NCBI RefSeq assembly: GCF_006345805.1
Contig: NC_043017.1
Location: 3,844,001-3,908,000, forward strand
From: Octopus sinensis
Lineage: Eukaryota
Direction: 5' to 3'
Length of the DNA: 64,000 nt
Below, piece after piece: positions 25,391 through 37,801 of the stretch. How positions within the stretch are numbered: the stretch's first letter is position 1; each line of letters begins with the position of its first letter. The notes under the pieces were generated by a model. The model was not told where the DNA came from. It worked only from the letters and a program-made list of their open reading frames with translations, and made no database searches. The position numbers and the translations under genes were made by a program.

Positions 25391-25760
25391 AGGATAGTCA
25401 TTGTGGCCTGTGTCATGAATCAATACATTGGGACGTCGGTGTTGACCAATGGTCAGAATATTTAGTATTCGATTTTTACACTAGCAAATTTAAACGAAAC
25501 ATTTCATTAAACTGCACAAGATTTCTCCCCGACACCAAATATCCCAAATCCTTTAAATATTATGTGATTTGGACAAAGCATGGTTCGATTACAGATGTGG
25601 TTATAAATTGTTTTCCATAAATAAATGTTGTTTATTTTATACAGGATGATAGATCATGAAGATCTGGTTACTGTTGGGAGCTGGTCTCATCGAATGACTA
25701 CGTCGCTGTCCTCTCATCGACTCACAAAATGCACGGAGTTGGAAGTAGAATTGTATTTAA

Positions 25761-25980
25761 CCCTTTAGCATTCAGATTATTCTGTCAAATGTAAAGCTTA
25801 TGTATTCACACCATGTAAAATTAATCTTGTATCATTTCATGGCTTTGAGATTTCAATGATGTGATTGTTTATTTTTAAAATGACACAATAAGGTAGCTAT
25901 GAATGACCATATCTGGCTAGTTTGAACATAAAATAGGTAGAATATTTTGGCCGGATATGGCCAGTTTAAACACTAAAGGG
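25761..25980. mobile_element. piggyBac-type MITE
   Basis: TTAA|CCCTTTAG ... CTAAAGGG|TTAA termini with TTAA target duplication. Confidence 0.75.
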
Positions 25981-26015
25981 TTAAGAACGAGGTGAGAGAA
26001 GTGGGAGACAAAATG

Positions 26016-26153
26016 TTACAGAAATAAACGAGATCTTACCTTATTTTTGTCGTCTTTCAAAGTAATTGTCGACGGCGCCGACAATGAACCCCAGTGTTCG
26101 ACAGAAGAAGATGTGATGCCTGGTTGGCCAGCACCGAATTTCGATCCCCAAAT
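26016..26153 (-). CDS. IF gene B exon 10 (read-through model ends ...LKDDKNKVRSRLFL*)
   Basis: TTTAG|ATT TGG GGA; IWGSKFGAGQPGITSSSVEHWGSLSAPSTITLKDDKNK then GTAAGA at 26039 (donor or V-R codons), TAA 26018-26016. Confidence 0.75.
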   Translation of the reverse strand: MWGSKFGAGQPGITSSSVEHWGSLSAPSTITLKDDKNKVRSRLFL

Positions 26154-26739
26154 CTAAAATTGGAAAAAAGAATTAAGAATAGTAACATCATCAACAAAAG
26201 TGATATTTGTGTGTGACTTAGACACAAGGGGAGCATTATAAGAGAGAGGTTTAGTCGATTACACAAACTGCACTTTTTCACTGGTATTCTTATTTTATAG
26301 ACCCAAAATAGTGGATGGGAGAAATTGAATGTGGCAGGATTTGAACGAAGAACGTAAAGGGCCGAAAACAAATATCGAAGCGTATGTTTTTCGGATGTCC
26401 TAACGATTTCTGCAAAGCACAGTTTTATATTTTAGTGAAGATATCTGTTAGTCGATGATATCAACCTGTGTACGTGATTATCACTTTATTTAATTTATTG
26501 ATCTCAGAGTTTGAAAGACAAAACTAACATCAATGGGATTTGAATTAAGAAGATGGAAAGTTAGAACAAATAACACAAGGCATTTTTCCGCTGTTCTAAG
26601 AATTTTGGCTATTCATAGAATGCTTACCAACCCTCTGGCTGTCCGTGGTTACTACAATAGTCAGAGAGGAGGCATTAAATTTCAGTTAACGACTGAATTT
26701 AATATTATTATGTCGTTTTTGTATTTGGTTTGTAAGATT

Positions 26740-26794
<55 letters not shown>

Positions 26795-26803
<9 letters not shown>

Positions 26804-26937
26804 ATTTAGGAATGGTCATTTTGCCAGTTTAGCCAATAAAAACACACGCACTATATATTTGGTGTTATTTTGCTTCAGTGTTATTTATTTTTTACATTAA
26901 ACTGGCAAAATGACCATTCCTAAATACAACAATATCT
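26795..26937. mobile_element. Small MITE with ~35-bp inverted arms
   Basis: ttgttgtatttaggaatggtcattttgccagttta and its reverse complement. Confidence 0.65.
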
Positions 26938-26989
26938 GTTTCAACACACGACTTCACATAAAAAATCTTGCACAACAAATATTTAAACG

Positions 26990-27036
<47 letters not shown>

Positions 27037-27310
27037 GGGCAGCGGGCTCGTGTTCGGAGAATCGTGGTTTCAATTCTCAAACCGGACGTTGTGTGTGTTT
27101 ATTGAGCGAAAATTCCTAAAGCTCCACGAGGCTCCGGCAAGGGGTGGCGGCGACCCCTGTTGTACTCTTTCGTCCCAACTTTCTCTCACTCTTTCCTCCT
27201 GTTTCTTGAGTAACGCTGCGATGGACTGCTGTCCCATCCAGCTGGAGGGAAACACATACGCCATAGAAACCGGGAAACCAGGCCCATGAGCCTGGCTAGG
27301 CTCGAAAAGG

Positions 27311-27347
<37 letters not shown>

Positions 27348-27352
<5 letters not shown>

Positions 27353-27549
27353 CAATTGAGGGTAAAATTAATTAGTTATTAATCAATTTCACCAAGTATT
27401 CAGTATGTAAAGGGACCATTTAAGGCGAATTCAAAATATTACATTATATTACATTATATATTTTGAATTCGCCTTAAATGGTCCCTTTACATACTGAATA
27501 CTTGGTGAAATTCATTAATAACTAATTAATTTTACCCTCAATTGTTGAA
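27348..27549. repeat. 202-bp near-perfect palindrome (92-bp arms, 18-nt spacer)
   Basis: One arm mismatch seen by eye. Confidence 0.9.
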
Positions 27550-28476
27550 ATTATAATTCATTTCTCTCTGTTTATTGCCTCGGTTTTCACTGCTAAAATA
27601 TGGTGTTTGCTAGTTTAGCCCACGTGGGTGGAAGGGGAGAGCAGGAATTCTTCGCTTGCATATTTTGAATTTGTTGGCACTGTCAGTTTGAACGGGTCGT
27701 CTGAGGTGATAAGTCGCCAAAAGGGTATGTTCCTACTTTTCAGTGTTTCCAAATCCAAATTAAGAAGTTTTGGGCTGACGAAAGAAATGTCGAATTTTAT
27801 TTGGCTGATCTAGAAACGTAACGTTCTCAAATAATCTTTGCACTTGTGATTTTTTAATGTTTTTACCCCCATACCTCCGTGGGTTATTTTGAGTAAACAC
27901 TATCTGAGAGAAATTTTCTTTAAGTATTAGAAATAGCTAAAAAACTTTTTTGGCTGCTATTTCTAATGAGTTCAGTATGTGGCAAAGTAATTTATTTTAC
28001 TAAGCCCTTATATATGTAATATATATATATATATATATATATACTTACTTTATTTAAAAGCAGCAGAAATATAACAAAGCATATTACTATACCTCAAGAT
28101 GCAACGAAAATTTTAGAAAAAAAAAAGTAAACGAGTGGAAAATGAACCGGTGAGTGTGTTAATTGATAAGGCATTAATATTATTAATATAAATACAGATT
28201 AGAGACAAGTAACTTCTCTTTCTCTTATCCCCCTCTACTCTTCCTCATCCTCGTGGGCAGACGTAATAGACAAAAATATTACGGTTAACATATGAGAAAC
28301 AATATAACTAACATTGTTGTAATGTTTCGTGGCGAATTGTGACTTCCAGCAATCGATACGAGATTCCATTCTGGGCACTGGGTCACTTTTTGTCGACTTC
28401 AAGTGGTTCTTATAAAATCTGATATTTAGTCACATTATAAGACTAGTAGACATTTTTTAAAACGACACAAACTTAC

Positions 28477-28587
28477 CTTGATCATTTTACCAGAACTAAA
28501 CACGTTACCATCGGTAAATGTATGGGTGTAGCTCTTTCCATTTTCTGTGGTTTGGGTCAATGTCCAGTTCTTTAAGGTTGTTGCCCC
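28477..28587 (-). CDS. IF gene B exon 9
   Basis: CTTAG|GGG GCA...ATC AAG|GTAAGT; 111 nt; GATTLKNWTLTQTTENGKSYTHTFTDGNVFSSGKMIK. Confidence 0.88.
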
Positions 28588-29167
28588 CTAAGATTAGAAA
28601 AAAATATATACATTAAACAATAGAGAAGGGTTAAGATTTCTTGATGACCAGGAATCACAGGGATAGCGAGTGTATCAATGAATATAACAGACGGAAAATA
28701 GATCTCTATGTCTGTGAGTAAATGCATTTGTGTGTCTATGTTTGTGTATATACGTTTGTGTGTGTATATATCTGTGCGGATTTTCTCCAGTGATATTAAG
28801 ATGGAGTTTGGACTATCAAAATGTACTTCGATGTTGATGAGACGAGGACAGCTTGCCAGAACAGAAGGCCAAGTGGTGAAATGATGAAAGCAATTCGACC
28901 TCAGTGTCCAGCTATATATGTGTGTGTGTGAGGTGGGGTAATGAAGATTTGCTGCGGTTTCTATAAGGCGGTGGCACCGAGGTGTTACATATGCACACGC
29001 TATTACCATTATGTACACTAAAGGAGCAGACAAAAATACTAGTGGATGTTGGTCGTCTTAACGAATCGATGAGAAAACGGTATCAATGTGGAACTGGACC
29101 TGTTTTCAGGAAAGGTGCGTCAGAAAAAAAAAATAGAAAGAAACACACCAAATTTAAAAACACTTAC

Positions 29168-29271
29168 CTTTGGAAACTTAGCATGGTCCTCAATTTCGAT
29201 GTATCTTCCCTCGGATTCCAATTCTACGATGGCCACAGTTCCATTTGTAGAGCGACTCATAGTCATTTTAT
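29168..29271 (-). CDS. IF gene B exon 8
   Basis: ATCAG|AT AAA ATG...CCA AAG|GTAAGT; 104 nt; KMTMSRSTNGTVAIVELESEGRYIEIEDHAKFPK. Confidence 0.88.
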
Positions 29272-29328
29272 CTGATGAAGAAAACGCTCAGAAATATAAC
29301 TATTTATCAATGCATGTACAAATGTATA

Positions 29329-29362
<34 letters not shown>

Positions 29363-29366
<4 letters not shown>

Positions 29367-30080
29367 CGCAGGAGTGGCTGTGTGGTAAGTAGCTTGCTAA
29401 CCAACCACACGGTTGCGGGTTCAGTCCCACTGCGTGGCATCTTGGGCAAGTGTCTTCTGCTATAGCCCCGGGCCGACCAATGCCTTGTGAGTGGATTTGG
29501 TAGACGGAAACTGAAAGAGGCCTGTCGTATATATGTATATATATGTATATGTGTGTGTGTTTGTGTGTCTGTGTTTGTCCCCCTAGCATTGCTTGACAAC
29601 CGATGCTGGTGTGTTTATGTCCCCGTCACTTAGCGGTTCGGCAAAAAGAGACCGATAGAATAAGTACTAAAAGGTGGTGCTCCAGCATGGCCGCAGTCAA
29701 ATGACTGAAACAAGTAAAAGGGTAAAAGAGTAAAAGAGTATATGTAAGTGTGTATACATATGAATAGTAGTTTTTAAAACTGTATTCATATAGGCATATG
29801 AATGCGTGTGTGTGTGTGTGTCAGTGTGCATACATATGTACGTAAATGTATATATATAAATGGAGGCGCAAGCGTGTGTGTGTGGTAAGAAGCTTGCTTC
29901 CCAGCCACATGGTTCCGGGTTCAGTCCCACTGCGTGGCACCTTGGGCAAGTGTCTTCTACTATAGCCTCGGGCAGACTGAAACGTTGTGATTTTGCAGAC
30001 GGAAACTGAAAGTTCGCTGTTTATGCGTGTGTGTGTGTGTGTGCGTGTGTGTGTCTGTCTGTCTGTGTGTGTGTGTGTGT

Positions 30081-30122
<42 letters not shown>

Positions 30123-30330
30123 ATCACCGTGTCTCTATTTGTCACTCATCACTGCTTGACAACCGGGGCTAGTGTGTTTACATACCCGCAACTTAGCTGT
30201 TTGGCGATGGTGAACGCTAGAGTAAGTAGTACCAGGGTTTAAGAAATTAGTTCCGGGCTCGATACACTCGACTAAAATTTCGATGTGGTGCCTCAGCATG
30301 GTCGCAGTCAAGAGACGGAGACAAGAAAAA
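29363..30330 (+). mobile_element. Two adjacent SINE family 1 copies
   Basis: Heads at 29363 and 29862. Confidence 0.8.
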
Positions 30331-30419
30331 TATAAAATATCGATTTCTTCCCAAGTTAGGGTGGAATTGATCTTACCGAATATTAGTGCCTTGTTTAGCA
30401 GAATCCTTGTGGAGTTTTC

Positions 30420-31970
30420 TCATACCACGTCTTTGCTCTTTGTAGGCCGTGATATCCACAGATTTCCCAATGGATCATTCTTGCCACATTGTCACGGCGT
30501 CTTTTGTATTCGCGTTGTGCCAACTCGGGCATTCGCTAGCGATGTGCCATACCTATTTCTTTACTACCCACAAGGGGCTAAACACAGAAGGGACAAACAA
30601 GGACAGACAAACGGTTTAAGTCGATTATATCAACCCCAGTGCTTAACTGGTACTTAATTTATCGATCCCGAAAGGATGAAAGACAAAGTCGACCTCGGCG
30701 GAATTTGAACTCAGAACGTACCACTAAGCATTTCGTGCTAACGTTTCTGCCAGCTCGCCGCCTTATGTGCCATCCCGTTTCACCCCTCTCACCACACATT
30801 CTGCTTTTCTCACTATCGGTAGTATTGTCTATTCTACCCTTCATACAATTGGCCCTTAACGTTTGTTTCTGAGCTGCGCATATGAGTGCTTCTGTCTCTA
30901 TCCTCATGTCACTCTTCCTCATCCATAGCCACCGGTCCTCTCTGTATGTCTTGGCGTTCACATCTCTTGTAAACTGACCGAACATTTTCTTTTCCTTCCA
31001 TGCTCTTTCTTTTGGGTTTTTTTTTATTCATTTCTTGTTTCAATTAGTTGATGACGCCGGCCTTCTTCGAGTGTTTCAACACTGGCTCCACAGTATTTTT
31101 TATATACCACCCTAGGCTGTTTTCCTCTACTTCGATTCAGTCTGGCAACTAATTAAACCTCTCCCACCGTTTCGTCTGGGCAAGTATATCCAATCGGTGT
31201 TACTCTTAGGGTGGAAGGCTCTGGGTACTGTCAGCATTTTTCTGGTCTTGGTATCCATTTTCTTCACTGGTATCCATTTTGCCATTTTATAATTACTGCT
31301 CCATACTGAAGTGATGCTATCGCCCACGTATTAACTGCTTGGAATCCAGTCAATTTTGAGTGCAATGCCAACCTCTTCGAAAATACTCCATCCTCCCTTG
31401 CTCTTTTATATCCTATTCCATTATCTCGTTGAACTCTTGTACACAAAGTTATTTGTGTCTTTCCGTTTCAATTTGTTTAATTAAATAATTCTAGAGACTG
31501 TACCTTACCTCTTTTTAGGTAATTAGATAATTCTAGAGACTGTACCTTACCTCTTTTTAGGTAGATTATTCCACACTCCTGCTGTCCAATTTCTATTCTA
31601 ATTTCAGTACTAAAACAGTTGACCGTGTTCATCAAGGAACTCACTTGTGTCTCATCTTTGCCATACAGTTTCAAATCATCCATAAAGAGGAGGTGGTTGA
31701 TTGTTTGAGATTTTACCTTTAGTTGGTACCCAGGTTCATTTTCCGGAGTACCAAGGTAGGAGTATCAAGCAGAGAAGAAAAAGCAACGGAGATGGGCAAT
31801 CACCTTGAAGAATCCCTCCCCCGATACCCAAGGTAAAAAAGTTTTTTTTCCGTAAGATGTCAGTCCAGTTTTCCATCCAGCCATACATATCTTCAGGAAA
31901 TACGTTACGTTCCTCGCAATTCCAAACAGATCTAAGCACTTGATGACCCACGAATGTGGAATCATATCAT
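30420..31970 (-). mobile_element. R4/Dong-like (RLE-type) non-LTR retrotransposon remnant, interrupted by a SINE
   Basis: GILQGDCPSPLLF, MDDLKLYGK, TRKML...HPKSNTDWIYLPRRNGGRGL, ETEALICAAQ, EYKRRRDNVARMIHWEIC in broken frames; 42-bp internal duplication near 31490-31570. Confidence 0.8.
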
Positions 31971-31989
31971 TTTTACCACCAGTAATCAG

Positions 31990-32310
31990 GAGCGCTGATT
32001 TTGTAGAGCTTACATATTTTCCAATGTAAATACTCTCCTACCGTGTCGTGACGATTTTTGTACTCGTTCGATGTCAACGCAGGACATCCCGAGACCCTAA
32101 CCCTATTGTTTCGTCAAATGTGTCGCAGAATCTGCCTTTAGGGTCAGAACAATTTTGAAGAACGTTAGCTTCTTAGTTTTTGGTAAGCAAGCTTTGATCT
32201 TGTGCTGCCAATATGAAACTTTCAGTCGTGAACGCCTCAGCCACTGATGGCCTTTTGCTTGGTCTACATCAGCATTTCGACTTCGAAGTATATAGTGTCC
32301 ATGCACAGAC
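31990..32310 (-). mobile_element. Second R4/Dong-like LINE fragment
   Basis: HGHYILRSRNADVDQAKGHQWLRRSRLK, post-RT region of the same clade. Confidence 0.55.
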
Positions 32311-32694
32311 TTTTAGCACCACACCTCCTCAATTATTATTATTATTATTATAAACCTTAATCAGAAAGGAATTTTCCATGTAGACCCATACCCTGAGTTA
32401 CTCCAGGATATAATTAACATGTGGTAACAGACCGGAGTTATGGAAGCCTTTAAACGCGTGTTACGAGGCTTTTGTCCAAAATATCTTAACAAATATATGG
32501 CTGTGTGACTAAAGGCCTGCTTCTCAGCCACATCGTTCCGAGGCATCTTGGGCAAATGCCTTCTACTGTAGCTTTGGGCCGACCAAAGCCTTTTGAATGA
32601 ATTTGCTAGACGGAAATTAGAAGACCCATTGTATGTACATGTGTGTATGTGATTGTATGTGTGTGTGCGCGCGTGTGTGTGTGTGTGTGTGTGT

Positions 32695-32742
<48 letters not shown>

Positions 32743-33029
32743 TGTTTGTTCTCCCATCATCACCGCCTGACAATAGGTGTTGATGTAATTACATCCAAGT
32801 AATCTAGCGGTTCGGCAAGGAGAATTGATAAATTGAGTATGAGGCTTAAAAGATTAGTCCTGCAGCCGATTTGTTCAACTAAAAGCCCTTAAGACGTTGC
32901 TCTGGCATGGCCGCAACCCAATGACTTAAACAAGTAAAAGAATAAAAGAACATGTGTGTTTGTGTGTGTGTGTGTGTGTGTGTATGTGTTTGTGTGTGTA
33001 TGTGTGTGTGTGTGTGTGTGTGTGGTGTG

Positions 33030-33074
<45 letters not shown>

Positions 33075-33075
33075 T

Positions 33076-33155
<80 letters not shown>

Positions 33156-33216
33156 TGAGAATATCTGTTTTAATTTTTGATGAAAAAAAGTGCTGAAGAA
33201 ACCAAATGCCACTCAC

Positions 33217-33299
33217 TTCCAGGTAGAGATAGTGCGTTCGCGAGAGCAGACTCACCCTCTGTTTGAAATCCACCAAAGCTGCTAAGAGCTGAACTAATT
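33217..33299 (-). CDS. IF gene B exon 7 (rod-tail linker)
   Basis: TACAG|A ATT AGT...GGA A|GTGAGT; 83 nt, phase 2 to 1; ISSALSSFGGFQTEGESALANALSLPG. Confidence 0.85.
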
Positions 33300-33437
33300 C
33301 TGTAAAAGTAGAATATATTTAATAAAATGTTAATAAACATTGTAGATGAATAGGAAAATATAATGAAAACACAACGCCCGGTCTTAGAATCGAAACCGCG
33401 AGACCGCTGTCCTAACCATTGGACCATTGCGCTTCCA

Positions 33438-33547
<110 letters not shown>

Positions 33548-33930
33548 ACCACCCAACACACCACTAGACCACACAACACCACACCACATCACACCACCAC
33601 CCACACACTAGCGCTTACCACTTCCAAGCCCCTCATCCACACACCTACACATGCACACACGCACACGTCAAGGTCACCAGCCCTCTTCCACACGCACATA
33701 CATACTCTCTTATACAAACACACGCACACCTTCGTTTTGGGATCACCGCTACTTTATTATCTCCCCTTCTTCCTCTCACACATTCTCTCCTTCTCTCATC
33801 CTTTCTCTCTTTTCTTTCATCTGTGTTTGGAGCTGGAGCACCAATTCTTCCACATTCCTTATGCCGAATGTCCCAACAGTGTCTCTGCGACTCCAGATTA
33901 GCAGATGAGAACCTATAAAAAGACGGGAAA

Positions 33931-34162
33931 AGGCGGCGAGCTGGCAGAAACGTTAGCGCGCCGGGCGAAATGCTTAGCAGTATATCGTCTGTCGTTATGT
34001 TCTGAGTTCAAATTCCGCCGAGGTCGACTTTGCCTTTCATCCTTTCAGATTCGATAAATAAAGTACCAGTTTCGCACTGGGATTGATGTAATCGTCTTAA
34101 TCCCTTTGTCTGTCCTTGTTTGTCCTCTCTGTGTTTAGCCCCTTGTGGGTAGTAAAGAAATA
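33931..34162 (+). mobile_element. tRNA-head SINE family 3 with TSD, in gene B intron 6
   Basis: aaggcggcgagctggcagaaacgttag...gagttcaaattccgccgagg; TSD tataaaaagacgg; other copies approx. 11414-11635, 19165-19393(-), 30552-30765(-), 35985-36170, 41719-41950, 44781-45012(-), 47460-47618(-), 53893-54124. Confidence 0.85.
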
Positions 34163-34219
34163 TATAAAAAGACGGAAAGAATTTACAATGTTATTTTAAG
34201 TGAAACGTCTATTATTTAC

Positions 34220-34440
34220 CTGTTCTCTTCTCCGTCAAGGAGTTTGCGATAGGCGGCAATTTCCAATTCCAGTGAGAGTTTAGCATCCATAAGGTCGTGT
34301 AATTCCTTCAACATTGATTCCATTTCCGCACGTAACTGATCAATTTCGGCTCTGTGCGCCGCATCTTCAGATGCGTTGTTGCTTAGGGACTCTTGCAATT
34401 GAAATTCTAGATCCCTTATTTTACTTTTCAGACTTGATAT
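34220..34440 (-). CDS. IF gene B exon 6 (helix termination motif)
   Basis: TATAG|ATA TCA...AAC AG|GTAAAT; 221 nt; ends LMDAKLSLELEIAAYRKLLDGEEN-R. Confidence 0.95.
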
Positions 34441-34479
34441 CTATAAAGACAAGATAAAAAATACAATTATTAAATATTA

Positions 34480-34646
34480 TAGGCGCAGGAGTGGCTGTGT
34501 GGTAAGTAGCTTGCTAACCAACCACATGGTTCCGGGTTCAGTCCCACTGCGTGGCATCTTGGGCAAGTGTCTTCTACTATAGCCCCGGGCCGACCAATGC
34601 CTTGTGAGTGGATTTGGTAGACGGAAACTGAAAGAAGCCTGTCGTA

Positions 34647-34693
<47 letters not shown>

Positions 34694-34905
34694 TTGTGTA
34701 TGTGTGTTTGTCCCCCTAGCATTGCTTGACAACCGATGCTGGTGTGTTTACGTCCCCGTCACTTAGCGGTTCGGCAAAAGAGACCGATAGAATAAGTACT
34801 GGGCTTACAAAGAATAAGTCCCGGGGTCGATTTGCTCGACTAAAAAAAAAAAAGGCGGTGCTCCAGCATGGCCGCAGTCAAATGACTGAAACAAGTAAAA
34901 AAGAG
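34480..34905 (+). mobile_element. tRNA-head SINE family 1 (internal microsatellite, (AGTAAA)n-like tail), representative copy
   Basis: ggcgcaggagtggctgtgtggtaag...ggttcagtccc head; other copies approx. 2772-2937(-), 20615-20778(-), 24987-25390, 29363-29738, 29862-30330, 32495-32945, 39378-39790, 41262-41645, 45768-46225, 46715-47050, and 56440-56598/58960-59170 (split by PLE). Confidence 0.85.
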
Positions 34906-35169
34906 TATTAAAAAAAAGTATCAAAACATAAATCTTAATCCTATATACTATCATCATCATCATCATCATCAACAACACCTTCATCATTCTTATTCCAGAT
35001 AAGATTTGTGTGGTCAGCTGGTTACTAGCTGTTACCTTAGACATACACAAACTTTCAATAGTTTCTAGTGCTCAGCACCTTTCTCATAATCTCTTTAGTC
35101 TCGCTCTGTAGAAGCTCTACAGGGCATTCTATTCCAGTCCCCTTCAACCATTTCTCTATATCACTGTTT

Positions 35170-35517
35170 AAAGGGTAAAGACCCCCTTCGGTCATGAATG
35201 ACCATGGGATTGCACCTAGAAAGTTACCCTCCTAGACACAAGTCCGGGCAAGGTTGTTTTATGGAAGACCAGCAGTCGCCCATGCATACCGGCCTCCCCT
35301 CTCCCCACCACCAATGTTATCCAAGGGAAAGGCAAAGGGGCCGTTACAGCTTGGCACCAGTGACGTCGCAACTCATTTCTACAGCTGAGTGAACTGGAGC
35401 AACGTGAAATAAAGTGCTTTGCTCAAGAACACAACACGCAGCCCGGTCCGGGATTCGAGCTCACAACCTCACGATCGTAAGCTCGACGCTCTAACCACTG
35501 AGCCATGCGCCTTCACA
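35170..35517 (-). mobile_element. tRNA-head SINE family 4
   Basis: Reverse complement head gtgaaggcgcatggctcagtggttagagcg...ctcgaatcccgg; related decayed copy ~43000-43275. Confidence 0.65.
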
Positions 35518-35519
35518 TT

Positions 35520-35740
35520 CACTGTTTACAGTTACTAATACTAAAATTATTAATGGAACAAACTTTACAACTTTCATTCTGCAAATTCTTGCAATTTGAA
35601 TTTTTAAGGGATTGTAATTTTTTCTCTGCTTTCTTTACAATCCTGGAATAAAATGTACAAAACGGATCAATCAGTAAGCAATTTCGCTTTTCTTTGTCTT
35701 TCATTGTTATGTGTGGTTTATCATTTTCTCTCAACACATG
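35520..35740 (-). mobile_element. R4/Dong-like restriction-like endonuclease fragment
   Basis: NDKPHITMKDKEKRNCLLIDP...RIVKKAEKK resembles the NKPDI...D...KE.EK RLE motif. Confidence 0.5.
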
Positions 35741-36399
35741 GCTATGATGCTCCCCCGCTACTTCTGTACATATCGTCAGCCACTAAGGGACATGCTCAAC
35801 TGGTTAAGGTCAAACAACTGACAAGCGAATCTGTGGTATTGAGCAGAATATTTGCTATAGCCCATCTTTTATATCAAGACAAAACAATGTACATGCTAAC
35901 ACTTCCAATCAGTTAAGATCAGAAGCCATGACAACCACTGCCTGGTACTGCATCAGGGCATTATTTATTATAATTATTATAATTAAGGCGGTGTGCTATT
36001 GTAAGCGCGCTGGACGTCGCTACGTTCCGAGTTCAAATTCCGCCGGGGTCGACATTGCCATTCATCTTTTCGTGGTCGATAAAATAAGTACCAGTTGAAC
36101 ACTGGGGTCGATGTAATCGATTCACCCCTTCCTCAAAACTGTAGCCCTTGTGGAAAAATTTGAAACTATTATTATTATTATTATTATTATATGTTTGAAT
36201 TTAACTTTGTATTTATACAAGTTGGCCCCAAGTATTACCCAGAGACCTCAAGCGATAGCAAGTTAGACATTTATGTTGGTGTTATGCTTAGGGTGTTATA
36301 TATTTGGTTCTGCACAACGTATAGTTCTAAAGAATGTTTAACAAAACTTAAGAACATGATGAGTTTGTTTTAAAATTTGAGATTACATAGGCAGTATTT

Positions 36400-37090
36400 T
36401 ATGTAGGATATGGGCAGTTCCCATGAACACTGTCTTTTGAATTTCTTCCATTCTGGGGTTTCCTGGTATCTGAACTAGGTAAGGATCAGCCCCTTATGCT
36501 ATCATTCGTAGAGCAATTGACCTCATGGACATGAAGGACATGTGATGCCTCCTTACTTCTTTCCACAATGCCTTAAAGTTAACTCTGCCGCCCACATTGA
36601 AGTCCTGGAAATAACTAAGCCCTCGATAGACAGTGTACGCAATAGAAGACCATACGTGTTTCAGTAAGACTCTGCACTATCACACATGGCTCTACCACCA
36701 TAGGAATGGGTGGATGAAAATTTTCTTGATCACATAGCCCCTAACATTTGTCCTCCTAATTCCCCAGATTTCAATCTATTGGATTATTACTTGTGGAGCG
36801 TTGTTGAGAGATAGGTTGATGAACACGCCCATAACACCAAAGACACTTTGAAGGATGGCATTGCTGGATTAATGTCCAAAATGAACCAGGACCACTTGTT
36901 TCGAGCATGTAGATGATTAGTTCTCATATAAAAGCAGTTGTTGAAGCTGAAGGTGGCTTTATTGAATAACATTATAGAAAACACGGTTTATTTTTATCAT
37001 CATACAATTTTTTGATAAATTAAGTTATCCTCTGTTATTATATATCTGGGGTTTTTTTATAAACATAAATCTGTTCTCAAATATCTTACA
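36400..37090 (+). mobile_element. maT/DD37D-like Tc1/mariner remnant
   Basis: VMPPYFFPQ...PYVFQ*DSA...PPNSPDFNLLDYYLWSVVER. Confidence 0.7.
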
Positions 37091-37278
37091 CACCCTACAT
37101 ATTCACACATTCGTAAAAACTAAAATACATTCCATTTTATAGATAGGTTGATATATTATACACACACACATATATATATAACGGGAAGCTTTACGAAAAT
37201 AAACAAAAGACGAAGGCAGGTGGAGTACAAACAAACAATTGTATTAGTATGGCGCTCAGGAATAGAAATAAAACAAGT

Positions 37279-37314
37279 CTTTTACGTTTCGAGCCTACGC
37301 TCTTCGACAGAAAG
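37279..37314 (-). ncRNA. Hammerhead-like motif (CUGUCGA core) in PLE-derived repeat (~37160-37440)
   Basis: Reverse complement reads CUUUCUGUCGAAGAGCGUAGGCUCGAAACGUAAAAG. Confidence 0.4.
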
Positions 37315-37438
37315 ATACACAGAAAAGAAACACGGAGAGAAACAAGGAGAGAAAAAAAATGCGTGCAGGAGCTAACGATTCAACATGGCGGTCTGATTTC
37401 GGCCAGAAGTCAGAGATCAGACGTTAGACGCAAGAGGG

Positions 37439-37491
<53 letters not shown>

Positions 37492-37514
37492 AGAGAGAGA
37501 GAGAGAGAAAGGGG

Positions 37515-37627
<113 letters not shown>

Positions 37628-37669
37628 TGACTGATTGATTGATTGAATAATTTATGTAATATTCCTTAC

Positions 37670-37801
37670 CGTAGATTCATATTCCCTCATAGCGCTTACG
37701 TCCGTACGTGAACGCATATCCAATCCTCCACTTACACCGACCCTGCCAGCTGGAGATGCTCCACCTGGGATGGTCCTCACGCCTGCTTTCAATTTCTGTA
37801 T
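37670..37801 (-). CDS. IF gene B exon 5 (Gly/Pro-rich variant of coil 2)
   Basis: AACAG|ATA CAG...TCT ACG|GTAAGG; 132 nt; IQKLKAGVRTIPGGASPAGRVGVSGGLDMRSRTDVSAMREYEST. Confidence 0.82.

Noticed and set aside
25476-25511. Candidate final exon of gene B (CAG|FNEMFRLNLLV*)
   Set aside because: Weak acceptor; the homologous sequence in gene A (17-52) has no in-frame AG, so it is more likely 3' UTR
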